From a virus: DNA of 63,982 nt. Under the pieces are notes generated by a model, which made no database searches, was not told the origin of the DNA, and was given only the letters and a program-made list of their open reading frames with translations. Location of the stretch: IMG/VR virus record IMGVR_UViG_3300007190_000023, positions 1-63,982 of that record, one strand, 5' to 3'. The position numbers were made by a program, and so were the translations under genes. Shown here piece by piece: positions 9,593-18,233 of this stretch (position 1 is its first letter; each line of letters opens with the position of its first letter).

Positions 9593-10288
9593 ATGAGGAC
9601 AGAGTTATTTATGTCTATGCCACTTAAAGAAAAACCAAAACCCACTAAAGAACAAAGAGCTGCATGGAATGCTGCTTATAGGAAGAGAAAGAAACACAGG
9701 GAAGAAATGGAGATGAAGAAAAGAGCAAAGTTGGGACCAGTGAAGGAAGAACCTAAACCTATCCCGGTTCAAACAGAAGAAAGACAAGAGAAGAAACTAG
9801 AGGAGAAACAATGGAAGGAACCCATCCAGCAAGATTTGTTCATCCCTATTCCAGAGACACCTAACACCAAACTTCAGGAACCAGAACCTATGTACTCCAC
9901 TCCTCAAGCTGTCGTTGCAGCAAGTAATAACCCGGCATTAAATCCTGCATTGGCCTTGGTTCGATGCAGGATTAATAATCTTGACCCCAAGAAAGCTGAT
10001 CTTCCGGGAGAGATCATCACTGTGGGTAATAGTGAGATTGGGGTTGTCCGTAAGTTCATCCCTTTTGGGGAAGCTACGGATAATGGGTACCACATTCCCA
10101 AGATTGTGTATGACTTTCTGAAAGATCGTAAGTTTCTCAATATCACAACTCAAAGAGGTAAAGGTAAAGGAGAAACCATTACTGTTAAGCAGCAGTGGCT
10201 CCCAGAGTTCTCTCTTGAGGTTCTGCCTTCTTTGTCTAAAGAAGAACTTGAAGAACTTGCACAACAGCAAAGAGCCTCTGCTGAATAA
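9593..10288 (+). CDS. Virion-module protein with a Lys/Glu-rich N-terminus (231 aa)
   Basis: Complete ORF. The start is uncertain (alternative ATG at 9611). No motif recognised. Confidence 0.6.
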   Translation: MRTELFMSMPLKEKPKPTKEQRAAWNAAYRKRKKHREEMEMKKRAKLGPVKEEPKPIPVQTEERQEKKLEEKQWKEPIQQDLFIPIPETPNTKLQEPEPMYSTPQAVVAASNNPALNPALALVRCRINNLDPKKADLPGEIITVGNSEIGVVRKFIPFGEATDNGYHIPKIVYDFLKDRKFLNITTQRGKGKGETITVKQQWLPEFSLEVLPSLSKEELEELAQQQRASAE

Positions 10289-10320
10289 ACCAACCACATT
10301 GTTGAACCAGGAATCTCGTT

Positions 10321-12144
10321 ATGTCTACACCAGTAGCAGTCAAAGGTAAAGATATCTATGACTACCTCACTAACGGGATTTCCTTCCCGGTTCCAGTCAT
10401 TGATTGGAATGACCCTAAGTGGAACATCATCTTTGACCCCAATGACCCTCTCTGGAATACCCCAGAGAAGGTCACTCCTGATAAGTTGACTGAAGGGACT
10501 CTAGAGGGTAAAGGGGTCTTTGACCTTTTGATGAGAACCGTCAAGGCTCATCTTAAGGATGAGTACAAGAACAACAGGATTACAGGAGCAGAGTACTCCA
10601 AGCTCTATACAGCGGCTCTAGAAGCCTGTATGAGCAATGGGGTACTGTTCCTTATGCAGAGTGATGATGCCTTCTGGAAGGCTGTTGTAGCCCGTATGCA
10701 GGCTATGGGTATCTTGATAGAGATGGAGTTGACCAAGCTTAAGTATGCAGAACTTAAGATGCAGGAGAATAACCTTAAGGCAGACTTTGCTAATAAGGTC
10801 ATGCAATCATCGAACATTAATGAGTCTACTGTTACAGAGATTTACCAACACTCCCAAATGCTACCTGCACAACGAACCAAGGTAGTTGAAGAGACAGCAA
10901 CTGAAATCTTTACACATTCTTCAATGCTTCCTACCCAGAAGATAAAGATTGAGGAAGAGACCAAAATTGATATCTATACCCATAGCCAGATGTTACCGGC
11001 TCAAAGGGGTAAGATTATTGAAGAAACTGCTACAGAGGTTTATACCCATTCAACCATGATGCCTACTCAAAAGGCTAAGTTAGATGAAGAGATTCTGACG
11101 GAGGTATTCACTCATAATGATATGCTTCCGGCTCAGAGGGATAAGATTGTAGAGGAGACTGCTACAGAAATCTTTACCCATAGTCAAATGCTACCTGCAC
11201 AACGGGATAAGGTGCTAGAGGAAACAACAACAGAGGTATACACACATACTCAAATGCTCCCAGCACAGAGGGGTAAGGTTCTTGAAGAGACTGCAACTGA
11301 AGTGTTTACCCACTCCTCAATGCTCCCGGCACAAAAGCTTAAGGTAGATTCTGAAACTGCCCTTAATGCATATCAACTCAATACATTCTTACCGGCTCAG
11401 AAATTAAAGGTTGATGCAGAAACTACTCTTGATCTTTATCAACATAGTGATATGTTGCCTACTCAAAAGAATAAGATCATTGAAGAGACCAAGACTGAAA
11501 CCTATACCCATACTTCACTTCTCCCGGCTCAAGTAGCTAAGTTAAGTGCAGAGACAGTATCTGAGGTATTTACTGGAACCCAGATGCTTCCAACACAAAG
11601 AAACATGGTGTTGGAGCAGATACTGACTGAACAATACAACAGAAATAATGTCCTTCCTGCACAGGTAGCTAAGATCAATGCTGAAAAGAACATTGATGTC
11701 TTTACCTTGAGTGATATGCTCCCGGCTCAGAAAGCCAAGGTTCAAGCAGATACAGTAATTGCTAACTACACTGGAACTCAGATGTTGCCTACTCAAAGGA
11801 ATCTGGTCATTGAGCAGGTGAAGACAGAGGCATATAACAATACTCAGATGCTCCCTACCCAGAAAGCATTACAGGATGAGCAGAGAGAAGCAACCAGAGC
11901 CCAATCCTCTGATACCCGTTCAGATGGTTCTCCTGTACTTGGATTGTTGGGTAAACAGAAAGACCTCTACAACCAGCAGATCATTGCTTATCAGAGAGAT
12001 GCAGAGACTAAAGCAGCCAAGGTATTCACTGAACTCTACATTACCCGGTTCAGTGTATTGGATGGCGTAGGTATGCTTAACCCTGCACCTGACACTACGG
12101 TTCAAGCTGTATTGAATACAGTTAAAGCCAACAATGCTCTGTAA
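10321..12144 (+). CDS. Structural/ejection-module protein with 16 tandem 22-residue Pro-punctuated repeats (607 aa)
   Basis: The repeat (T/Q)HSQMLPAQ(R/K)xK(I/V)xEETxTE(I/V)(Y/F) has an exact 66-nt period from 10846 to about 11901. The copies are diverged at the DNA level. Confidence 0.8.
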   Translation: MSTPVAVKGKDIYDYLTNGISFPVPVIDWNDPKWNIIFDPNDPLWNTPEKVTPDKLTEGTLEGKGVFDLLMRTVKAHLKDEYKNNRITGAEYSKLYTAALEACMSNGVLFLMQSDDAFWKAVVARMQAMGILIEMELTKLKYAELKMQENNLKADFANKVMQSSNINESTVTEIYQHSQMLPAQRTKVVEETATEIFTHSSMLPTQKIKIEEETKIDIYTHSQMLPAQRGKIIEETATEVYTHSTMMPTQKAKLDEEILTEVFTHNDMLPAQRDKIVEETATEIFTHSQMLPAQRDKVLEETTTEVYTHTQMLPAQRGKVLEETATEVFTHSSMLPAQKLKVDSETALNAYQLNTFLPAQKLKVDAETTLDLYQHSDMLPTQKNKIIEETKTETYTHTSLLPAQVAKLSAETVSEVFTGTQMLPTQRNMVLEQILTEQYNRNNVLPAQVAKINAEKNIDVFTLSDMLPAQKAKVQADTVIANYTGTQMLPTQRNLVIEQVKTEAYNNTQMLPTQKALQDEQREATRAQSSDTRSDGSPVLGLLGKQKDLYNQQIIAYQRDAETKAAKVFTELYITRFSVLDGVGMLNPAPDTTVQAVLNTVKANNAL

Positions 12145-12158
12145 CTGAATCAGTTACT

Positions 12159-14762
12159 ATGACCAAGAGACGAGTTATAGTTGTAGCTTATGGGGTGAAT
12201 AACCTCAATGGGACTTGGGAGAACAGAGGTAAGTACCTCAATGCTTCCATCCTAGGAGCTACGATTACTGAGACCCCAATGGGGGAGATGTTCAAGGAGA
12301 AATACATCTTTGGTCATGGTATGGCATACAGAAGAATCCCTCTATTCTCTCAGAATAGGGGGATTACTCCTTGGATTAACCTAACTCCATTATCGTTTGT
12401 TTCCTATAACGTAGAGCAAATACAGACTCAAACAAAGAACTATATCGATAATACTCAGTTAGGGTTCAATGAAGTAGCAGAAATACTAGATGTACGAGTA
12501 GGGGATATATCTCTCTACGATTGGGGGTTCTATTACCTTAGCTTAAACCCCCAGTACTCTTACATCTTTGAGATGAACTTTGCTGTTAACTACAACGAGA
12601 CTACTTCAGTATTTGAATACTCAGTTATAGATGAAGTCACTGGTGATCCTATTATCCCAGAGATACATATCCCAGCTCCTCCTCCCAATACTAGTAGTGA
12701 GGGGTTGTATTGCCTTTATAGGAAGTTCATACAACCACCCCCTAAAACATACACCCAAACACAGGAAGGACCTCTACCTGGAACCAGTGTACCTATTCCA
12801 CCATATTCAGGGTATACATTGGTTTCTTCTTACATACCTACTGACCCGGTTAATGGCTATTACCCAGAACAGTATATCTATAACAAACCAGGTGTACCTT
12901 TCCAAACAGGTGATGTTATTGGGGGAGAGGTACAAACTACAAATGGTAGCGTAAGCAACGTTATTATTTATGAAGTGAGGTATCCCAATACAGGTACACC
13001 CTCAGCTCCAATTAAAGGGACAGACCCTTACTATGTTTATTACCAAAAGCAGGATAATCTGATCTATGCATATGGTCCTTCAGAGATGAAGGTCATTGCA
13101 TATATCAATGGAACCGGTAATGGCTCTCTAGATGCTATTATCAATACCTCAAAACAAACCAATACCTACTCTGAATCTTTCTTCCCATTCCTTCCTCTAC
13201 GGATAGACCATCAGGAGATCAGCTCCTTGGTTCCATCCATGTGGCCTAAGATCACACAAGTAGGAAAGAAGATCAATATGAATGTAAAGAAGATATTGAG
13301 GGAAGTAAAGAAAGAAGCTGATTGGGATAAGTTCTCCTACATCTTTATTAAGTTTGGTGTAGGGATTAATGGGCATAACAGAGATAGAAAGAACCTGGCT
13401 CAATATCTCTGGTATTTCTTTCAGCAGTTCTACTCCCAATCAGGGGGTTCAGATATGGCAATCAAGCTGGCTCAATATGAGCAAGCTGTAGCCAACTATG
13501 CTGCACTCATGAAGGATAGGGAACAGAACCCACAGAACTATGTAGGCATTCCTCTACCTACTCCTCCAACACCTCCACAACCTTCATCTAGAACCACATT
13601 TAAATACAAAAGCAATGCCCCTAATATGGGGTTTGAATTGCAGTTTGCTTGGGATGGGATGCAATACCTCTCTGGAACCGGGGCTCTATATCCAGGGGTT
13701 CCAGAGAGAGGATATAGGGTATTTAATGGAAATGAGTTCTATAAGAAGATAGATGATTGGGAGAATAACCCTGATAAAACTGTAACTCCTCCTGGTTTAC
13801 CTAAACTGGAATACTCTGGATATTCTTGTATCATCTATCATCAAATCAATTCCAGTTCATGGGAAGCAATCGAGATAAGACAACTGGAAGAGAGGGTTGT
13901 TATATTTAAAGGTGAGTACATTCTCAATATATCAGGTCAAGGTGATCTTAATGATGAGAAACTTGGTAGAGGTAATATAGGTCTTGGTAAAGATTCAGAC
14001 CTCATTATTCCTATTCTTCCCTCTGCTTTAAAGAAAGCAGGATTAATCTCTTATACTCAATTGGCTACTGAAGGTAGTTGGTTAGCGGTTCATGCTTATG
14101 TAAAGACCAAGAGAAAGAAGAAAGGACTTAGATGGGTTCTGGCTATTCTAGTCATTGTTGTCACTATTCTTATCCCCCCAGCAGGCGTAGTATCAGCAGG
14201 TGGGATAACAGCAGGTGGTGTTTCAGCAGGTGCTATAGCTTCTGTAGTTGCATCTATTGCTATCAAGATGGTAATAGGCATCATCCTACTTAAAGTATTA
14301 ACTTGGGTAGCAGTCAAACTCTTTGGACAGAAATGGGGATACTGGCTTGCTGTAGTTGCTTATGTATTCATCACTGCATACACAGGTAACTTTAGTGGTA
14401 ATAATTCATTAGGCAATCTCACACAGGCCCCTAATCTATTAGCCATGTCATCCCAAATAGCAGGTAGTGTTTCTCAATACTACACAGCTAAGATAAAAGA
14501 AACACAACAGAAATGGATGGCATACCAGAAAGAGAGTCAAGAATACTGGGATGAGATATACACCAAGCTCTATGAAGTAAAATCAATTATCGATCCAGGT
14601 GAGTTTCTTGATATCATCCGAGAAGGGATGAACGGGGAATCTAGAGACTCCTTCTTGAATCGAACCTTAGCGACAGGTTCAGACATAGCAGATCAATCCA
14701 TTACCTTCTTGCTGGACTCACCCGAGTTCACACTTCACCTCCCCTTGAAGGGGATTTCCTAA
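12159..14762 (+). CDS. Large virion protein (867 aa) with a C-terminal cluster of TM helices
   Basis: Complete ORF. Hydrophobic Gly/Ala/Val/Ile-rich helices (LRWVLAILVIVVTILIPPAGVVSAGGITAGGVSAGAIASVVASIAIKMVIGIILLKVLTWVAVKLF...WLAVVAYVFITAY) are encoded at about 14118-14400. Confidence 0.75.
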   Translation: MTKRRVIVVAYGVNNLNGTWENRGKYLNASILGATITETPMGEMFKEKYIFGHGMAYRRIPLFSQNRGITPWINLTPLSFVSYNVEQIQTQTKNYIDNTQLGFNEVAEILDVRVGDISLYDWGFYYLSLNPQYSYIFEMNFAVNYNETTSVFEYSVIDEVTGDPIIPEIHIPAPPPNTSSEGLYCLYRKFIQPPPKTYTQTQEGPLPGTSVPIPPYSGYTLVSSYIPTDPVNGYYPEQYIYNKPGVPFQTGDVIGGEVQTTNGSVSNVIIYEVRYPNTGTPSAPIKGTDPYYVYYQKQDNLIYAYGPSEMKVIAYINGTGNGSLDAIINTSKQTNTYSESFFPFLPLRIDHQEISSLVPSMWPKITQVGKKINMNVKKILREVKKEADWDKFSYIFIKFGVGINGHNRDRKNLAQYLWYFFQQFYSQSGGSDMAIKLAQYEQAVANYAALMKDREQNPQNYVGIPLPTPPTPPQPSSRTTFKYKSNAPNMGFELQFAWDGMQYLSGTGALYPGVPERGYRVFNGNEFYKKIDDWENNPDKTVTPPGLPKLEYSGYSCIIYHQINSSSWEAIEIRQLEERVVIFKGEYILNISGQGDLNDEKLGRGNIGLGKDSDLIIPILPSALKKAGLISYTQLATEGSWLAVHAYVKTKRKKKGLRWVLAILVIVVTILIPPAGVVSAGGITAGGVSAGAIASVVASIAIKMVIGIILLKVLTWVAVKLFGQKWGYWLAVVAYVFITAYTGNFSGNNSLGNLTQAPNLLAMSSQIAGSVSQYYTAKIKETQQKWMAYQKESQEYWDEIYTKLYEVKSIIDPGEFLDIIREGMNGESRDSFLNRTLATGSDIADQSITFLLDSPEFTLHLPLKGIS

Positions 14763-14780
14763 CCCTTAGAGGATTACATC

Positions 14781-15332
14781 ATGGCTTCCTATCAAGGCTA
14801 CGCTCCCCAAGGAGCTTATCTCAATAACACTCCTAACCTCCTGGCTCCATATAACAGCCCTATGAACCAGTGGGGAGTAGGGAGAGAACAGATTCCATTG
14901 GATAGATCACTTTCTCCAATCCCTAACATCAAATCTCCTACTACAGCGTTCACGACCCCTACTTCTACAGGACCTGCATCTGCATCGGTTCAGACCTTAG
15001 GTACTGGAACCGGGTTAGGTAAATCCCTCTATGGAGGTGATGGTGGTTTTGGGGGATTGAGTTATGGGCAATGGGCTACCACTGGACTTCAATCCTTGGG
15101 TTCATTCCTTACAGCCTTTGGCTCCTACAACCAATCAAAAGCCTTTAAGAAACAAGTTAACCACAACATTGCAATGGATACTCAGAACATGCGTAATGCT
15201 GTTCAGGATTATGGAAGAAGGCTTGAAGAAAGATACACCACTGCTTATGCTGGTAGAGGGGATATGTCTGAACAGGAAGCTAAAGACAAAGCCAAGCAGT
15301 ACCGTAAAGAGAATGAACTGAAGTCTCTCTAA
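14781..15332 (+). CDS. Gly/Ser/Thr-rich virion-module protein (183 aa)
   Basis: Complete ORF with an RBS (agaggattacatcATG). No motif recognised. Confidence 0.65.
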   Translation: MASYQGYAPQGAYLNNTPNLLAPYNSPMNQWGVGREQIPLDRSLSPIPNIKSPTTAFTTPTSTGPASASVQTLGTGTGLGKSLYGGDGGFGGLSYGQWATTGLQSLGSFLTAFGSYNQSKAFKKQVNHNIAMDTQNMRNAVQDYGRRLEERYTTAYAGRGDMSEQEAKDKAKQYRKENELKSL

Positions 15333-15442
15333 GAGCTTCTCTATGCTTCTCTAAGGCTCATGTAGAGACAGAGAGCATCTACCCTATCACCCTAGGGTTC
15401 AGAACGCTCTCTGAACCCTCTACAGACCTTAGGAGAGCCATC

Positions 15443-18214
15443 ATGGCAACCAGAAGAGATATCGTTTGGGACAATGTACCTGTTACTGCCAGAAAAGGCG
15501 GTTCAGAGCTTGAGTTACCAGGAGGATTTGCTGATAACTTTGCTACAGCAATGGGTGATCTACTAAGTAACACCCAGAAGATGAGAGAGGAGAATGCTAA
15601 CAAGGCCATGCATAGGGCCTTGATTGGGGTTCTGGAGGACCCTGAAGCGTTTGAACCAGGTAAGACCAGTATTCTGGATTCATTAGGTAAGCTAGGTCAG
15701 CATGTGAATACGCAAGGGTTAACTGCTTATGCAGGAGCCTTGGAGAATCTACCTTCACTGGTTCAGAACCGTAGGCAGATGAATGATGAGACAGCATTAA
15801 GGGGAGCCTATGGTGCTGTAGGAAGTGATCTTGTCAGAGCATCCAATCAAGAAGGGTTTGACCCTAGAAGTGCTGCTGTAGCTGCATTGGATGCAGGGAT
15901 TGATGCAAGGACATCTGCTAGATTAGGTGAGGATTTCTACAGCAGGTTCCAATCAGATAATGCCAATAGGCTCTCTGGGGTTCAGAATGAGATAGGGACC
16001 AGAGGATTGCAGGAGAGAGAGGCTAATAGACAGCAAGCTATCCCTTTGATGGATGCATTGTTGAAGAAACATGGTGCTGATTATTCAGCAGCAGCAGAGG
16101 AAGGGAGAGCATTAGCAGGACAGATGGGAACCGGGGTATTGGCAGAGATGGATAATCTCTTTAAAGATACCTATGGTTCAGCTATGTTTACTACATTTCC
16201 TGATGTTCTTTATGAAGATGAGAATGGAGAAGCATACTCTCAAACATCCAATACTCCGGTTCCAATGAGTGATGACTTTACTCCATCTAATAGATTGCGT
16301 GAAGTTGCCGTACCTGAATGGAGAAGGGAAGGAAGTCAATATATTAATCCTGCCCTTCCTGGTTCAGATACGTATACACAAAATAATGCTGGTTTTGATT
16401 ATTTGTTGAATGAGCTTGCCCCTGAAAGAACAGGGAATGCTTATGGGGTATCCTCTACAGGATTAGGTAATATTTCCTTTACCAGAACCCCACAAGGTAA
16501 AGCTGTATCTCTTACAGAATTATTTGATTCTCCTGAATCATTACAGGCATTACATGAAGGAACCTTACCTGTAGATAACTCTACTAATTGGTTAACTGGA
16601 TTATTTACCAATGAAGACAAGAGAAACAGTTCCTCATTGATTCATAGTATCCATACCTTCAGGGAAGAGAACCCTGAAGCAGGAGATGCATTAGTTTCCT
16701 CTGTTGATTGGAGCCGGATTAATGAACTCCCTGAAGAAGAAAGAACAGCAGCAATAGGTAAAGCTATTACTGAAGCTGCTGTGACTAATCCAGAGGTTCA
16801 AAGAGGATTGTTTGGTATGGAAGGGGTTCCAGAGAATCTCTCTGATTATCTAGGAACCAGGGGAAGAGCTAATAGATTGGATAGTGGTCAGCATAGTTAT
16901 GCAGCAAGACCTACAGGAGCGACTTCACAATCTAGAAGAGATACATGGGACTCCATTGCAAATGAAAGATTTGGTAGAACTGATCTCCAAAATGTCCGTA
17001 TTGGAGATATCACAGAATATGTACAACCTGCAGTCAAGGAATACTCTGGAACCAGTTCTGCATTCGGTTCAGTGAACTTTACTAAAGAAACCCTGCAAGA
17101 GTATTCAAGAAAGGTATTTGGGGAAGGTGCAGATAATGTTGCCTTCAGCCCAGAGGTTCAAATCAAGATTGCAGAAAGACTGTATAACGATAGGGTTAGC
17201 AGTAAAGGATATTCAGGACTGGTGAATACATGGACTTCACTCAAACCTGGTTCCCAAAGTAAGAACCCTAGAGTAGAAGCTCTTAAGGAAAGAATGAGTG
17301 AAGCATATAATCAAGGTGAAGCCGAAGGCAGAGATCAATTTGTAAGGAGGATGCCTTTTACCTATGAAGTAGCAGCAGCACTGGTTCAAGGGGAAACATC
17401 AGGTGATCTTGCTCTAGATATTTCTCCCCAACAGTTCAGACAAATCATGCAAGCATCCCCTCAAGAGATTGCAGCAAGGAACCAGGGAGAGTCATTGAAT
17501 ATGCAAGAAAGAAGGGAAGTAATGAACCAACAACAAGAACAAGAAAGGAGTGTATATAAACTTCCCTCCAGATTTGTTGAAGGCCCCCCTACACCGGCTC
17601 AAATCAATTCACTTAAGGTAATTGGGGATGGGATGATCTCTAGGATTGAAGGAACTATTCAAGCCTCTACTGATTATCTCCCCTTACTTCTTTCAAGAGA
17701 TGCATCCAGCAATATCCCCCTCTCTCAGGTTCTGAAGGATAGATATAACCTCACAGGGGTTCAAACCCAGAACCCTGAAGAGAGGAAAGCCTATACAACA
17801 GCAGAGAGAAACATCAGGAGTATCATGCAGCAAGCAAGGAAGAGAGGAGTTAATATCAATGCATCTCAAGCTGCAACCATTGGAGAGATGGCAGGGATTG
17901 GGCAAGAAGGGAGTTGGTGGCAATTAGGTAAAGGAATGGACCAAGGAGCTATTGATGCTGGTATTAATGTCATCAAAGAACAATCCCCTGAAATCTATCT
18001 AACCAGGCTCTCTGAAACAGCAGCATTGAAAGATAGCTACACGAGTATCCTTGAGGAATTAGCCCTTCATACAAACAGAGCACAGGAATATACCCGCACA
18101 CGTCAAAGCTCTTTAGCCAAAAGAGCCAGAGCACAAGCAGAAGTTAAAAGAGGCGAACTTCAGGAGGTTCTAGAGAAAATCTCTGAAACCTTGAATATTC
18201 CTCTTTCTCGTTAA
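15443..18214 (+). CDS. Large internal virion protein (923 aa) with a lambda-R-like lytic transglycosylase-like segment
   Basis: RBS aggagagccatcATG. The segment TSSAFGSVNFTKETLQEYSRKVFGEGADNVAFSPEVQIKIAERLYNDR...NTWTSLKPG (about 16900-17260) parallels lambda R (STGAGRYQLLSRWWDAYRKQLGLKDFSPKSQDAVALQQIKERGAL...NIWASLPGAGYGQ). Comparison by eye only. Confidence 0.7.
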   Translation: MATRRDIVWDNVPVTARKGGSELELPGGFADNFATAMGDLLSNTQKMREENANKAMHRALIGVLEDPEAFEPGKTSILDSLGKLGQHVNTQGLTAYAGALENLPSLVQNRRQMNDETALRGAYGAVGSDLVRASNQEGFDPRSAAVAALDAGIDARTSARLGEDFYSRFQSDNANRLSGVQNEIGTRGLQEREANRQQAIPLMDALLKKHGADYSAAAEEGRALAGQMGTGVLAEMDNLFKDTYGSAMFTTFPDVLYEDENGEAYSQTSNTPVPMSDDFTPSNRLREVAVPEWRREGSQYINPALPGSDTYTQNNAGFDYLLNELAPERTGNAYGVSSTGLGNISFTRTPQGKAVSLTELFDSPESLQALHEGTLPVDNSTNWLTGLFTNEDKRNSSSLIHSIHTFREENPEAGDALVSSVDWSRINELPEEERTAAIGKAITEAAVTNPEVQRGLFGMEGVPENLSDYLGTRGRANRLDSGQHSYAARPTGATSQSRRDTWDSIANERFGRTDLQNVRIGDITEYVQPAVKEYSGTSSAFGSVNFTKETLQEYSRKVFGEGADNVAFSPEVQIKIAERLYNDRVSSKGYSGLVNTWTSLKPGSQSKNPRVEALKERMSEAYNQGEAEGRDQFVRRMPFTYEVAAALVQGETSGDLALDISPQQFRQIMQASPQEIAARNQGESLNMQERREVMNQQQEQERSVYKLPSRFVEGPPTPAQINSLKVIGDGMISRIEGTIQASTDYLPLLLSRDASSNIPLSQVLKDRYNLTGVQTQNPEERKAYTTAERNIRSIMQQARKRGVNINASQAATIGEMAGIGQEGSWWQLGKGMDQGAIDAGINVIKEQSPEIYLTRLSETAALKDSYTSILEELALHTNRAQEYTRTRQSSLAKRARAQAEVKRGELQEVLEKISETLNIPLSR

Positions 18215-18233
18215 TACATTCAGGATAAACCCC

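Noticed and set aside
10846-11901. The 66-nt tandem repeat array considered as an assembly artefact or recent duplication.
   Set aside because: The repeat copies differ at numerous synonymous and non-synonymous positions and keep the reading frame throughout. This is inconsistent with a collapsed or expanded assembly artefact.
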